Shown here: piece after piece, positions 8,828-18,090 of the stretch | Layout of the letters: every line of letters begins with the position of its first letter | How positions within the stretch are numbered: position 1 is the first letter of the stretch | Assembly (NCBI GenBank): GCA_946623205.1 | Contig: CAMOQV010000003.1 | Coordinates: 1 to 35,453, forward strand | DNA length: 35,453 bases | DNA from: an uncultured Clostridia bacterium | Lineage (GTDB): Bacteria; Bacillota; Clostridia; Christensenellales; UBA3700 | Direction: 5' to 3' | Made by a program: the position numbers and the translations under genes | The notes under the pieces: model-generated | What the model was told of the DNA's origin: nothing | The model's input: the letters and a program-made list of their open reading frames with translations, nothing else | Database searches by the model: none

Positions 8828-9484
8828 ATGGCATGGGATAAAGAAACAGAACTTAAATTAAGACAAGTTATAAAAGATAGCGGTGTTAACCTATTAAAGG
8901 AAAACCTTGTTCAAGGAACATGGGGAAACACAGCTGCAAGACTTGATGAAGATCATATGTTAGTTACTCCAACAGGCTTAGACTACATTACTTTAACGCC
9001 AGAAGATATGCCAGTTGTTCAAATTTCTGATCCATCTATCTGGAGCGATGGCAAAAAGCCTACAAGTGAAAGAAAGATTCACGCAGCTATTATGGCAGCT
9101 AGACCAGAAATTAATGCTACAATTCACTCTCACCCAGTATATTGCTCAATCCTTGCTTCAGCAAGAATCGAACTTCCTGTAATGAGCGCTGAAATGGAAA
9201 AATTAGTTGGTGGACCAGCAAGAGTAGGTGCATATGGATTACCTGGAACAAAAGCTCTAAAGAAGGGTACAGTTGCAGCTATGGAAGGAAGAAATGCATG
9301 TTTCATGGCTAACCATGGTGTATTTTGTGCAGGTAAAGATATGGATGAAGCTTTTGAGATTATCCGTATTATGGAAAAGAGTTCATATGAATATATTAAA
9401 CAAATGACATTAAAGGCTACGGGCCAAAAGACATATTCAGATGAATTATTATTTGACTACTTTGTTTCAAAGTTTTCTAAATAA
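8828..9484 (+). CDS. Class II aldolase (FucA-like), intact motifs
   Basis: GTWGN, VTPTG, KPTSE (catalytic Glu), IHSHP and ANHG zinc ligands. Confidence 0.9.
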   Translation: MAWDKETELKLRQVIKDSGVNLLKENLVQGTWGNTAARLDEDHMLVTPTGLDYITLTPEDMPVVQISDPSIWSDGKKPTSERKIHAAIMAARPEINATIHSHPVYCSILASARIELPVMSAEMEKLVGGPARVGAYGLPGTKALKKGTVAAMEGRNACFMANHGVFCAGKDMDEAFEIIRIMEKSSYEYIKQMTLKATGQKTYSDELLFDYFVSKFSK

Positions 9485-9888
9485 TGAGTTTTATTCCTGA
9501 AAATAAGCACGTTATAACAATATCTAAAGTACGAGAGATGAGCCCTCTCGTGCTTGCTTATATTGGGGATGCAGTTCATTCTCTATATTCAAGAGAAAAG
9601 TTTGCATTATCTACAACATATAAGCCTAATAAATTACACCTTTTGGTGTCGAATGAAGTTAAAGCAAAGGCTCAAGCTGAAAAAATTGAAGCTTTAATTG
9701 AGAAATTAACTCAAGAAGAAAAAGATATTTTTATGCGTGCAAGAAATACTCATGTTAATTCAATCGCTAAGAATGCTTCAAAAGGCGAATATCTTGAAGC
9801 AACAGGATTTGAAGCTGTAATTGGGTATTTATATCTAACAGGTCAAAACGAAAGATTAGAAGAGCTATTAGGCGATGAATCAAATTGA
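9484..9888 (+). CDS. mrnC: Mini-ribonuclease III
   Basis: LAYIGDAV, KAQA, RARN, ATGFEAVIGYLYL; 134 aa with no dsRBD. Confidence 0.93.
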   Translation: MSFIPENKHVITISKVREMSPLVLAYIGDAVHSLYSREKFALSTTYKPNKLHLLVSNEVKAKAQAEKIEALIEKLTQEEKDIFMRARNTHVNSIAKNASKGEYLEATGFEAVIGYLYLTGQNERLEELLGDESN

Positions 9889-10438
9889 TAAAAACTATCT
9901 AAAGGTACATGAATTGCAGCAAGCTTCTTTGCCATATGACAAGGAGCTTACTACTTTAATTGTGTCACTAGAAAGTAGTATGCATAAAATCATAGATGAT
10001 ATGTCTATAGCAGATCCAAATTTAGTTGAAGATTTAATGCAAGAGGGAAGACTATCCGTTTGTAAGGCGCTAGCAGGCTATGTACCAAACGAAAACACAT
10101 CATTTTATACATTTGCTTATCAATGCATAAGAAACGGAATGTTGGACTATTTAAGAAAGCAAAATTCAAAAAAGAATATTGTTATATCACAAGCAGTTCC
10201 TTTAGATAATATTAATGAGAATGAAATTGAAGATCCACATATATCTTTAGAGGACGCTTTTGACAACAATAGTAAAATAGAAAAGTTAATGAGCGTATTA
10301 GATGATACGCAAAAAAAAATAGTCTCAATGTTGATTGAAGACTATTCATATGACCAGATGGCCAAGGTGTTAAATAAAAACACCAAATATATAGATAATT
10401 CAATTCAGAAAATTAAAAAGATTTGTAAGTCTATTTAA
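9875..10438 (+). CDS. sigH: SigH-like alternative sigma-70 factor (divergent)
   Basis: DLMQEG..KA...Y, SFYTFAYQCIRN, SYDQMA..L....KYIDNSIQKIK resemble SigH regions 2 and 4; adjacent to mrnC and rlmB. Confidence 0.75.
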   Translation: MNQIDKNYLKVHELQQASLPYDKELTTLIVSLESSMHKIIDDMSIADPNLVEDLMQEGRLSVCKALAGYVPNENTSFYTFAYQCIRNGMLDYLRKQNSKKNIVISQAVPLDNINENEIEDPHISLEDAFDNNSKIEKLMSVLDDTQKKIVSMLIEDYSYDQMAKVLNKNTKYIDNSIQKIKKICKSI

Positions 10439-11144
10439 TTCTTCTTCTAACTATTTCAGAACAGATAATTCCGCAAGCAACAGATGCATTTAAAGAATTA
10501 ACCTTTCCGAATTGAGGAATGGCTACAGTTTTGTCACAAAGAGACTTTGTTAAATGTTTTACGCCATCGCCTTCGTTACCAATTACAAGGGCAATATCGC
10601 CATCTAAATGAGCATTATAGATATTCTCTCCGTTCATATCTGCACAAACAACAGTTACGAAGTTATCTTTTAGCTTTCTAATTACATCATTTATGTTGTT
10701 AACCATAGCGATTTTAACATATGATGTTGCGCCTGCTGAAACTTTAATAACAGTAGAGTTAACAGTTGCGGCACGTTTGTTAGGAATGATGATACCATCA
10801 ACTCCTAAACATTCACCAACTCTTATAATGCTTCCAAGATTATGAGGATCTTCGATGTTGTCTAATAGTAATACAAACAATGGTCCATCTTTCTTATTTA
10901 ATATGTCATCAACCGATGCATATTTGAAGTTTTCAGCATAAGCAATAAGACCTTGATGGTGCTTTGTTTCGCTTATACTATCTAATCTTGGTTTATCTAA
11001 AAAGTCGATACGTATGCCTTTTTGACGTGCAATATCTATAATTGATTGCAAATCGTGCGCACCTTTTTGTACGCACAATTTGGTTATTGTTGTATTTTCG
11101 CTAGATAGCGCTTCTTTTATTGGGTTTCTTCCTTCTATTTGCAT
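10431..11144 (-). CDS. rlmB: 23S rRNA Gm2251 2'-O-methyltransferase (TrmH/SPOUT family)
   Basis: IEGRNP, HQG, LLDNIEDPHNLGSIIR, VIGNEGDG, IPQFGKVNSLNASVA. Start moved to ATG 11144, just after the upstream stop. Confidence 0.93.
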   Translation of the reverse strand: MQIEGRNPIKEALSSENTTITKLCVQKGAHDLQSIIDIARQKGIRIDFLDKPRLDSISETKHHQGLIAYAENFKYASVDDILNKKDGPLFVLLLDNIEDPHNLGSIIRVGECLGVDGIIIPNKRAATVNSTVIKVSAGATSYVKIAMVNNINDVIRKLKDNFVTVVCADMNGENIYNAHLDGDIALVIGNEGDGVKHLTKSLCDKTVAIPQFGKVNSLNASVACGIICSEIVRRRIK

Positions 11145-11148
11145 AATA

Positions 11149-12498
11149 CTAATTCTTAAAACTATGTAATGGTGCTGGAATACGTCCGCCACGATTAATG
11201 AATTTAGCAGGTGATGCTGTATTGATATTCAATATTGGAGCACGACCAAGTAGACCGCCAAATTCGGCATATTCGCCAGCTTTCTTTCCGTATACAGGAA
11301 TAACTCTTACAGCAGTTGTTTTTTGGTTTACAACGCCGATAGCAATCTCATCTGCGATTATAGCAGACAATACTTCAGCAGATGTATCTCCAGGAACAGC
11401 AAACATATCTAATCCTACAGAGCATACAGCTGTCATTGCTTCAAGTTTTTCCAAAGTTAAACATCCACTTTCAACGCCGTGAATCATACCTATATCTTCA
11501 GATACAGGAATAAAAGCTCCGCTTAGTCCACCTACAGATGAACAAGCCATAATGCCACCTTTCTTTACTGCATCGTTTAACATTGCAAGTGTTGCTGTTG
11601 TACCAAACCCACCAACTTGTTCAAGACCAATTTCCTCAAGAATATGAGCAACTGAATCTCCTACAACTGGAGTTGGAGCTAAAGATAAATCTACAATACC
11701 TGTGCTTGCGTTTAAGCGTCTAGATGCTTCTTTTGCAACTAATTGACCAACTCTAGTTATTTTGAATGCTGTTTGTTTAATGCATTCAGCAACTTGAGTT
11801 AAATCTCCATCTACAGATTCAAGGGCAGTCTTTACAACACCTGGTCCAGATACGCCAACGTTTACAACTGTATCGCCTTCGCCGGTTCCTAAGAAAGCGC
11901 CTGCCATAAATGGGTTATCTTCTACGGCATTTGCAAATACAACAAGCTTTGCGCATCCGATAGAATCATTATCTTTTGTTAGATAAGCAGTATCTTTAAT
12001 AACTTGTCCCATAAGCTTTATTGCATCCATATTGATGCCAGCTTTTGTTGTTGCTACATTGATTGAAGAACATATTTTAGAAGTTGCAGCAAGAGCTTGA
12101 GGGATAGATAAAATGAACTCTTTTTCATATGGAGTCATTTCTTTATGAACTAACGCTGAATATCCGCCTAGGAAGTCAATACCAATTTCGTTTGCTGCTT
12201 TATCTAATACTTTGATTAATTCAAGATGCCCCTTTGATGCTGCAGCAATTAAGCTTATTGGAGTAACTGATACTCTCTTGTTTACGATTGGTACGCCAAT
12301 TTCATTTGAAATATCTTGACCGATTTTAACTAAGTCTTTTGCTTTATACATAATTTTGTCATAGACTTTATCGCAAGTTCTCTTCTTGTCGTCTGTGATG
12401 CAATCAAATAAAGATATTCCAAGCGTAATAGTTCTCACATCAAGATGTTGATGAGAGACCATGTTTATTGTTTCAATTATTTCGTTACTAGAATACAT
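11149..12498 (-). CDS. PFL-family protein (UPF0210/DUF711)
   Basis: [69 protein letters not shown]. Confidence 0.92.
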   Translation of the reverse strand: MYSSNEIIETINMVSHQHLDVRTITLGISLFDCITDDKKRTCDKVYDKIMYKAKDLVKIGQDISNEIGVPIVNKRVSVTPISLIAAASKGHLELIKVLDKAANEIGIDFLGGYSALVHKEMTPYEKEFILSIPQALAATSKICSSINVATTKAGINMDAIKLMGQVIKDTAYLTKDNDSIGCAKLVVFANAVEDNPFMAGAFLGTGEGDTVVNVGVSGPGVVKTALESVDGDLTQVAECIKQTAFKITRVGQLVAKEASRRLNASTGIVDLSLAPTPVVGDSVAHILEEIGLEQVGGFGTTATLAMLNDAVKKGGIMACSSVGGLSGAFIPVSEDIGMIHGVESGCLTLEKLEAMTAVCSVGLDMFAVPGDTSAEVLSAIIADEIAIGVVNQKTTAVRVIPVYGKKAGEYAEFGGLLGRAPILNINTASPAKFINRGGRIPAPLHSFKN

Positions 12499-12506
12499 GA
12501 TATCCT

Positions 12507-12797
12507 CTATAGTTTGTTCTCAGTTGTTGTTACTTGGTGCATGCTATCAAAGATAGATTGAAGTTGAATATGAATTTCAACTGCATTGTCTTGTCCAAGT
12601 TTATCTAGATTCTTTGCAATCTCGTTGAATTTTAACTTTGAATCAGAAAAATCAACGGCCATGATCATTGTGAAATATTCTTGCATAATTGTTTGAGAAA
12701 TATTCTCAATATTGATATCCATCTCATATAGAGCAGTAGATACCTTCGCAATGATACCTTTTTTGTCTTTACCAATTACAGAAACTATTGCTTTCAT
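12507..12797 (-). CDS. ACT-domain protein (UPF0237)
   Basis: [34 protein letters not shown]; usual upstream partner of UPF0210. Confidence 0.9.
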   Translation of the reverse strand: MKAIVSVIGKDKKGIIAKVSTALYEMDINIENISQTIMQEYFTMIMAVDFSDSKLKFNEIAKNLDKLGQDNAVEIHIQLQSIFDSMHQVTTTENKL

Positions 12798-12808
12798 TTT
12801 TACCTCTC

Positions 12809-12988
12809 TTAGTCTTCGTTTTCTTCTGCAATTCTATGAGTTCTAATATAAGCCTTTGCGCAAGGATATTGTGCTTCATGTTTGCATTTTGCACAATGTG
12901 GGAATGTTCCACACATATCTTTACCTGTTTGCTCAGATAAAACCCATTTTTGCTTGTCCAATTTTGCTTGTCTAACACTGTTCTTCAT
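12809..12988 (-). CDS. Small four-cysteine protein, 59 aa (not in ORF track)
   Basis: MKNSVRQAKLDKQKWVLSEQTGKDMCGTFPHCAKCKHEAQYPCAKAYIRTHRIAEENED*; AAGGAG SD; fills the lepB-ACT gap without overlap. Confidence 0.8.
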   Translation of the reverse strand: MKNSVRQAKLDKQKWVLSEQTGKDMCGTFPHCAKCKHEAQYPCAKAYIRTHRIAEENED

Positions 12989-13006
12989 AAGTACTCTCTC
13001 CTTTTG

Positions 13007-13564
13007 TTAGTATCCAAATAAATATTTTCCTATTAATTGCGTCTTGTCTATTGAGCCATATCTATGGCTATCATTTGAGTTTGTTCTATTGTCGCCCAAA
13101 ACGAATAATTTATCTTCCTCAACAAGATAACCTTCGCTAGAGCAAAGACCACTCTTTACATCAGCTCTAATGTTTGGATCTTCAATATAGTATTTTGTAT
13201 ATTCACAACTTACATAATCTTCGACTAATTTTACGCCATTTCTATAATATGCAAGTTCGTCTGCATCGAATCTGATCCTATCACCAGGAAGTCCGATGAC
13301 TCTTTTTATGATGTTTCTTTCATCATCTTTTTTGAAGACAATAATATCTCCGTATGTATAGTTATACCATGCAGTAAGCAATATTATGTGCTCGCCATCG
13401 TAAAGTGTGTTGTTCATAGATGGACCATTTACTGTCATTGGCGTCCATAAAAATGTCATAGAAATTAATACAAATGCCAATATAGCTATTACAACAATTA
13501 GCGTAATGTTGATGGCTTTTATAGTCTTAGATGCAGTTTCTTGATTGCCATTGTATATTTCCAT
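13007..13564 (-). CDS. lepB: Signal peptidase I
   Basis: N-terminal TM, GPSMNNTL (Ser), IIKRVIGLPGD (Lys), GDNRTNSNDSH. Start at ATG 13564 (alternative 13576). Confidence 0.93.
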   Translation of the reverse strand: MEIYNGNQETASKTIKAINITLIVVIAILAFVLISMTFLWTPMTVNGPSMNNTLYDGEHIILLTAWYNYTYGDIIVFKKDDERNIIKRVIGLPGDRIRFDADELAYYRNGVKLVEDYVSCEYTKYYIEDPNIRADVKSGLCSSEGYLVEEDKLFVLGDNRTNSNDSHRYGSIDKTQLIGKYLFGY

Positions 13565-13566
13565 GT

Positions 13567-15243
13567 CTATACCCATATAATATTGTTTAGCAAAACGTTG
13601 TTTGCGTTTTGGAAAGACAATTTCTTTACATCTCTCCAACTCTTAAGTGGAATTCTGTTTTCATCTTTAAAATCTGAAAGTTTCAAAGAGATCTTCTTCC
13701 AAGAAGGAGAGTCTATGTGTATTGTTGATGTGTATTTCACATATTTTCCATATGTACCAGATACTACTTCAACAACTAAGTCTCTTGGTGTTTTTGAATA
13801 TGCATCAAACTGTAATAAGTTTTGTGACACACTCTTTAATTTATATTCGCCGATAGAATATGTAGTTAGGTTACCTTTTTCGCAAGTTAGACCAGATAAG
13901 TTAAGTGGACCTACTACAATTTGAGGTTCATAGAAGTTGAACATTGAATCGACAATCTCGACAATCCAACCATCTATTCCCATATTCTTTTCGAAAATGA
14001 TTCTAGATTTTTTGACTGGTAGTCTTTGTATTATTTCTTCATCCGGAATAGATAAATCTTTTTGGATTGAAGATAAAGAAATACCGTTTTTGTAGTTTAC
14101 TGTCACGTATGCAAAGATAGTTTGTGTTTCTTCGTAAATTGGTATTTGCACTTTCAAATTGTTTAGAGAAGTGAAACTTGATGACCAACTACGAAGAGTA
14201 CTATCTAATTCGTCGTAACTGTAATTTATAATGACATCGTCAATTTCCATTGTGTTATCTACGCTTATTGATGCGATGACAACACCTGTTTTATCTAGTT
14301 TTATATCTATCTCAGGATTCTTTGGCAATTTGTTTCCTTTTATTAGATTGCTAGTCCAGCCGTATAAAAGGCTTCTAGCCCTAAATGAAACAGAATCGCT
14401 AAGTCCCATCAAAACGCTTAAACTAAAAGGAACTTTGTTGTCCTTTAAGATAGCCATTGAATCTTGTATTCTATCTAAACTAGTGATAGAGCAGTTTGTA
14501 GTTGTGACGCAAAGTGTAGGGCACTTAATAAACTTAAGATATGATTCTGTTGCACAGCCCGCAAACCATCTCTTTCTTTCGTCATCTATTGGCATGTGAA
14601 TGTTCTGTGCAAGTTTAGGGTAGTTTCTGTAATCCTTCCATCCTAAGTTTAAAAAAGATGCAACAGCATTAACTCTTTTATCAATAGCTGCAACTTGCAA
14701 AGCTATGTCAGCACCTGTTTTGTAACCAGATAGGATGATTTTGCAATCACTACCACGAAGTTGCTTAACAAGGTTGATGACCTTCATACAAACCTTATCC
14801 CATACAAAATATGTGGTGTCTTTTGCGGTTGGATTAGCCTTAGTTAAATGCTCTTTCGCTTGAGAGAAATTAGCATAAGAAATGCTATCTGGGTAAATAG
14901 TGTAGTTAGTGTGTTTTTGAGTCTTTCCAATGTAGTCGAATGTAAATACACCATAGCCTGCAATCGCATAAGCTTTAAGGTTGTCTATTGAGAATGTTTG
15001 GTCCATCACATCGTTTATAAAAACGATGTTAGCATTGTTATTCACTTGCTTTGGCATATATCCATAGACGAATATTCTAGTATATGAATCACCATACTTG
15101 TCGCCATTAATGTGTGCTGCAACAATGTAGTAGTTTTCTTCTTCTTTGAATTGCAAATATGAAGGTCTCAATGGCTCTGAATATGGGTCATAGTCTTTCC
15201 ATAGTTGCGTAGGTGCTAAAATATTATTCTCGGACGTGCTCAT
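13567..15243 (-). CDS. Alpha/beta-hydrolase-fold protein with C-terminal galactose-binding-like domain; apparently non-catalytic
   Basis: GYGVFTFDYIG, KIILSGYKTGADIALQVAAIDKRV, KCPTLCV elements; C-terminal beta-sandwich-like LLQFDAYS...WKKISLKLSDFKD...W..V..L. Start moved to ATG 15243. Confidence 0.65.
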   Translation of the reverse strand: MSTSENNILAPTQLWKDYDPYSEPLRPSYLQFKEEENYYIVAAHINGDKYGDSYTRIFVYGYMPKQVNNNANIVFINDVMDQTFSIDNLKAYAIAGYGVFTFDYIGKTQKHTNYTIYPDSISYANFSQAKEHLTKANPTAKDTTYFVWDKVCMKVINLVKQLRGSDCKIILSGYKTGADIALQVAAIDKRVNAVASFLNLGWKDYRNYPKLAQNIHMPIDDERKRWFAGCATESYLKFIKCPTLCVTTTNCSITSLDRIQDSMAILKDNKVPFSLSVLMGLSDSVSFRARSLLYGWTSNLIKGNKLPKNPEIDIKLDKTGVVIASISVDNTMEIDDVIINYSYDELDSTLRSWSSSFTSLNNLKVQIPIYEETQTIFAYVTVNYKNGISLSSIQKDLSIPDEEIIQRLPVKKSRIIFEKNMGIDGWIVEIVDSMFNFYEPQIVVGPLNLSGLTCEKGNLTTYSIGEYKLKSVSQNLLQFDAYSKTPRDLVVEVVSGTYGKYVKYTSTIHIDSPSWKKISLKLSDFKDENRIPLKSWRDVKKLSFQNANNVLLNNIIWV

Positions 15244-15250
15244 TGCATAT

Positions 15251-15279
15251 ATTATAATATGGGTTAAGGGTAGTTGCAA
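15251..15279 (-). promoter_or_regulatory. sigma-A promoter giving a probable leaderless transcript
   Basis: TTGCAA (15279-15274), N17, TATAAT (15256-15251), 7 nt, ATG 15243; no SD. Confidence 0.75.
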
Positions 15280-15376
15280 CAGAATGCAACAACATTTTTT
15301 GTACTTTTTCACAATATTGTCACACCTGTTGTTTTGATGGCATTTTGACGGGTTGTCACAGTCCAAAAATCAAATA

Positions 15377-15405
15377 TTGATAATATGCACGAAATAGAAT
15401 ATAAT
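15377..15405 (+). promoter_or_regulatory. sigma-A promoter for the zinc-ribbon gene
   Basis: TTGATA (15377-15382), N17, TATAAT (15400-15405). Confidence 0.7.
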
Positions 15406-15432
15406 AATATGCGAATCAAAAAGGTTGGCGTC

Positions 15433-16113
15433 ATGAAAGTTTGCAAAAAATGTCAGAAAGAGTTTAACGATAATTTAACTTTTTGTCCGTTCTGTGGAGC
15501 AGAAAATGCGGATAAAAAATTGACATATTTTGAAAAGAAAACAGCTAAAGAGCAAGACAAAGAATTTATTATTTCAAAGGCATCAATCCAAGATGAAGAT
15601 GCAAAGAACGCTAAAGAGATCTCTGCGGATAATTTGACTGTTAAATTAGTTACACCGTTAAAGAAAGCAAAACTATTATCTATCTTGAAAATCGCATCAT
15701 CAGCAATCGCATTGGTAATGTTGTTAGTGATAGGCTTTTTAGTTGCAAATATGGACATAAACAAAAACATCAAATTATTCACGATAATGGGCGCATTTTT
15801 GCTTGTTGCAGTATGTGGTTCGTTGTTGATTTCAGAAATATATGTAATGCTTGCAATAAAGAAAATTGAGAGCGAAGATTTTTCATTAAGAAAAATCTAT
15901 TATATGCTTGGCCCAGTATTTTGTTATGGGAATAATGTATATGAAATAAATACAAATATGCAATGTGATGATTGCAATGAAAAGATGCATGTTGAGTTAA
16001 AAGATGATGACGTGTATTTAGTATGCAATAAAAACAGAGAGCATATATGCAAAATTACAAAAGATAACTATATCTTATACTTAAAAGACAAATTGAGTAT
16101 AAATAATAATTGA
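15433..16113 (+). CDS. Zinc-ribbon membrane protein (N-terminal CxxC...CPFCG, two TM, C-terminal CxxC...C-x5-H)
   Basis: MKVCKKC...FCPFCG; two hydrophobic helices; CDDC...VCNKNREH. Start moved to ATG 15433, downstream of the promoter. Confidence 0.75.
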   Translation: MKVCKKCQKEFNDNLTFCPFCGAENADKKLTYFEKKTAKEQDKEFIISKASIQDEDAKNAKEISADNLTVKLVTPLKKAKLLSILKIASSAIALVMLLVIGFLVANMDINKNIKLFTIMGAFLLVAVCGSLLISEIYVMLAIKKIESEDFSLRKIYYMLGPVFCYGNNVYEINTNMQCDDCNEKMHVELKDDDVYLVCNKNREHICKITKDNYILYLKDKLSINNN

Positions 16114-16121
16114 GATATAAT
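16093..16121 (+). promoter_or_regulatory. Candidate sigma-A promoter for the two-component operon
   Basis: TTGAGT (16093-16098), N17, TATAAT (16116-16121); SD GAGGTG at 16130-16135. Confidence 0.55.
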
Positions 16122-16139
16122 AAAACTTAGAGGTGCGTT

Positions 16140-16820
16140 ATGAAATTTTTAGTTATTGAAGACAATGTTACATTAAATCAAAACATTAGAGACGTTTTGC
16201 AAAAGTTAGGTGATAGCGATAGCGCGTTTGACGGAGAAGAAGGTCTATATATGGCTGAGCACGGATCATATGATTTAATCGTGCTAGATTTAATGCTTCC
16301 AAGACTAAATGGTTTAGAACTATTAACTAGATTGAGAAAAACTAGTGTTGCACCAGTTATTATCCTTACAGCTTTAGATAGCACCGACAAGAAGATTGAA
16401 GGCTTAAAATTAGGTGCAGATGACTATATGTCAAAGCCTTTTGAAAACGATGAATTGCTAGCAAGAGTTGAAGCAGTTTTGAGAAGATATAACAACAATT
16501 TCAATACTAAATATGTTTATAAAAATATCGAACTTGATTATATCGGAAAGATTTTAAAAATTGATGGCGAGTATGTTAAACTAGCTGGAAAAATGTACGA
16601 TATAGTTGAATATTTAATAAGAAATAGAAATATGATTATTTCTAAGGAACAATTATTCAATAGAATTTGGGGATATAATTCAGATACTATTGTTACAGTT
16701 ACAGAAGTATATGTAAGTAACCTTAGAAAGATTCTTGAAAAATATGACGCAAAGAAATACCTAAAGACAATTAAGAATATTGGGTATATGTGGAGCGACA
16801 AAGAAGATAATGAGAATTAA
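16140..16820 (+). CDS. OmpR/PhoB-family response regulator, CiaR-like
   Basis: VIEDN, DGEEGLY.AE...YDLIVLDLMLP, GADDYMSKPF, QLFNRIWGYNSDT...EVYVSNLRK, TIKNIGY. Confidence 0.93.
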   Translation: MKFLVIEDNVTLNQNIRDVLQKLGDSDSAFDGEEGLYMAEHGSYDLIVLDLMLPRLNGLELLTRLRKTSVAPVIILTALDSTDKKIEGLKLGADDYMSKPFENDELLARVEAVLRRYNNNFNTKYVYKNIELDYIGKILKIDGEYVKLAGKMYDIVEYLIRNRNMIISKEQLFNRIWGYNSDTIVTVTEVYVSNLRKILEKYDAKKYLKTIKNIGYMWSDKEDNEN

Positions 16821-18090
16821 CGATTTATACAGTCGTGCGGAAACAGAAAAGCAGTCAAGAAGATTGTTGGCGATTAGTATCATAGCGCCAACAATTTTGC
16901 TAATTATGGTTGTCGTAATGGCCGTATTTACAGCAACCAACGCGATTAAGGCAAAACAGACAAGACAACTAGATGTCATTTCTGAAACAGCCGCCGCAGG
17001 AAGATTGTGGGACCCAGATAAAAGTAGGCCACAAAACCTTGCCGCCGTTGGAAGTAAAATTTTCTATTATGATCAAAAAGATGCTGGCTACAAGCCAAAG
17101 TCGCCTGTCGATGAAGGGTTTGCTCAAGTATATGATGCAAGTTTAAATAATACACAAGTTGAAATAAATGGCGTAACTTATAAATGCAAAGCTGGCGATG
17201 TCGCTGGAAATAGTTATGGACTTTACAAATATATTGTGTATTTGGATATTCAAGAAGACATAAGGACCACGCAAACGTTTATATGGACGTCAGTTTTAAT
17301 ATTCGTAATGGCGTTTGTTATTTTGTTTGCTGTGACATATGCACTTGTTATGTTGCAGATGAAAGTGTACGAAAGATCTTTAAATAGAAACAATAGATTG
17401 ATTTCAGATATTTCTCATGAATTTAATACACCACTAGCCATTATTAAGTCGTCTATGGCTCAAGTTTTGGCGGATCCCGATGCAAAAATTGAAGATAAGT
17501 CAGAATCTCTTGTAACGGTTACTCATGAGGCGGGTAGATTGAGTAGAATGGTTAAAGATATGCTTGTTTTGTCTAGATCTGACAACGAAAGAATGATTAT
17601 TGAGAAAACTAACTGCGATATAACTGCAATTGTTAAAGAAGTTGTTGAGCCATTCCAAATGATGTGTGAGCTTAGCAATAAAGAAATGATATTGGAAATA
17701 GAAGAGGAAGTTAATAGTAGAACAGACGCGGATAAATTGCGTCAAGCTTTGATTATTTTATTGGATAATGCAACAAAGTATACAAAGGAAGGAGAATCTA
17801 TAACAGTAAGCCTATATACTACTTTCAGCAAATATATTCTTGAGGTTGCAGATACAGGCGATGGTGTTCCAGATAAGGATTTACAAAACATCTTTGAGAG
17901 ATTCTATAGAACGGATAAATCAAGAACTTCAGAGACTGGAGGATCAGGCCTTGGACTATCTATTGTGAAGGCAATCATGATTGCTTTGAAGGGAAAAGTA
18001 TATGCAATGCATAATGATCCAAAGGGATTGAGGATAGTTTTAGAGTTCCAAAAAGAAAAATTTACACAAAATTTACAAAGCGAGAAGTAG
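16810..18090 (+). CDS. Sensor histidine kinase, CiaH-like (two TM, extracytoplasmic domain, no obvious HAMP)
   Basis: DISHEFNTPL, ILLDNATKY, VADTGDG, IFERFYR, GGSGLGLSI. Start ATG 16810 overlaps the regulator 3' end. Confidence 0.92.
   Translation: MRINDLYSRAETEKQSRRLLAISIIAPTILLIMVVVMAVFTATNAIKAKQTRQLDVISETAAAGRLWDPDKSRPQNLAAVGSKIFYYDQKDAGYKPKSPVDEGFAQVYDASLNNTQVEINGVTYKCKAGDVAGNSYGLYKYIVYLDIQEDIRTTQTFIWTSVLIFVMAFVILFAVTYALVMLQMKVYERSLNRNNRLISDISHEFNTPLAIIKSSMAQVLADPDAKIEDKSESLVTVTHEAGRLSRMVKDMLVLSRSDNERMIIEKTNCDITAIVKEVVEPFQMMCELSNKEMILEIEEEVNSRTDADKLRQALIILLDNATKYTKEGESITVSLYTTFSKYILEVADTGDGVPDKDLQNIFERFYRTDKSRTSETGGSGLGLSIVKAIMIALKGKVYAMHNDPKGLRIVLEFQKEKFTQNLQSEK

Noticed and set aside
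12769-12978. 69-aa ORF from the track
   Set aside because: Overlaps the ACT gene and lacks an SD; the 12809-12988 frame has a strong SD and fits the gap.
15244-15432. N-terminal extensions of the ORFs starting at 15366 and 15385 (likewise 371, 461, 4890, 11192, 13639, 16780)
   Set aside because: They run through promoters, operators or neighbouring genes; downstream ATGs fit better.
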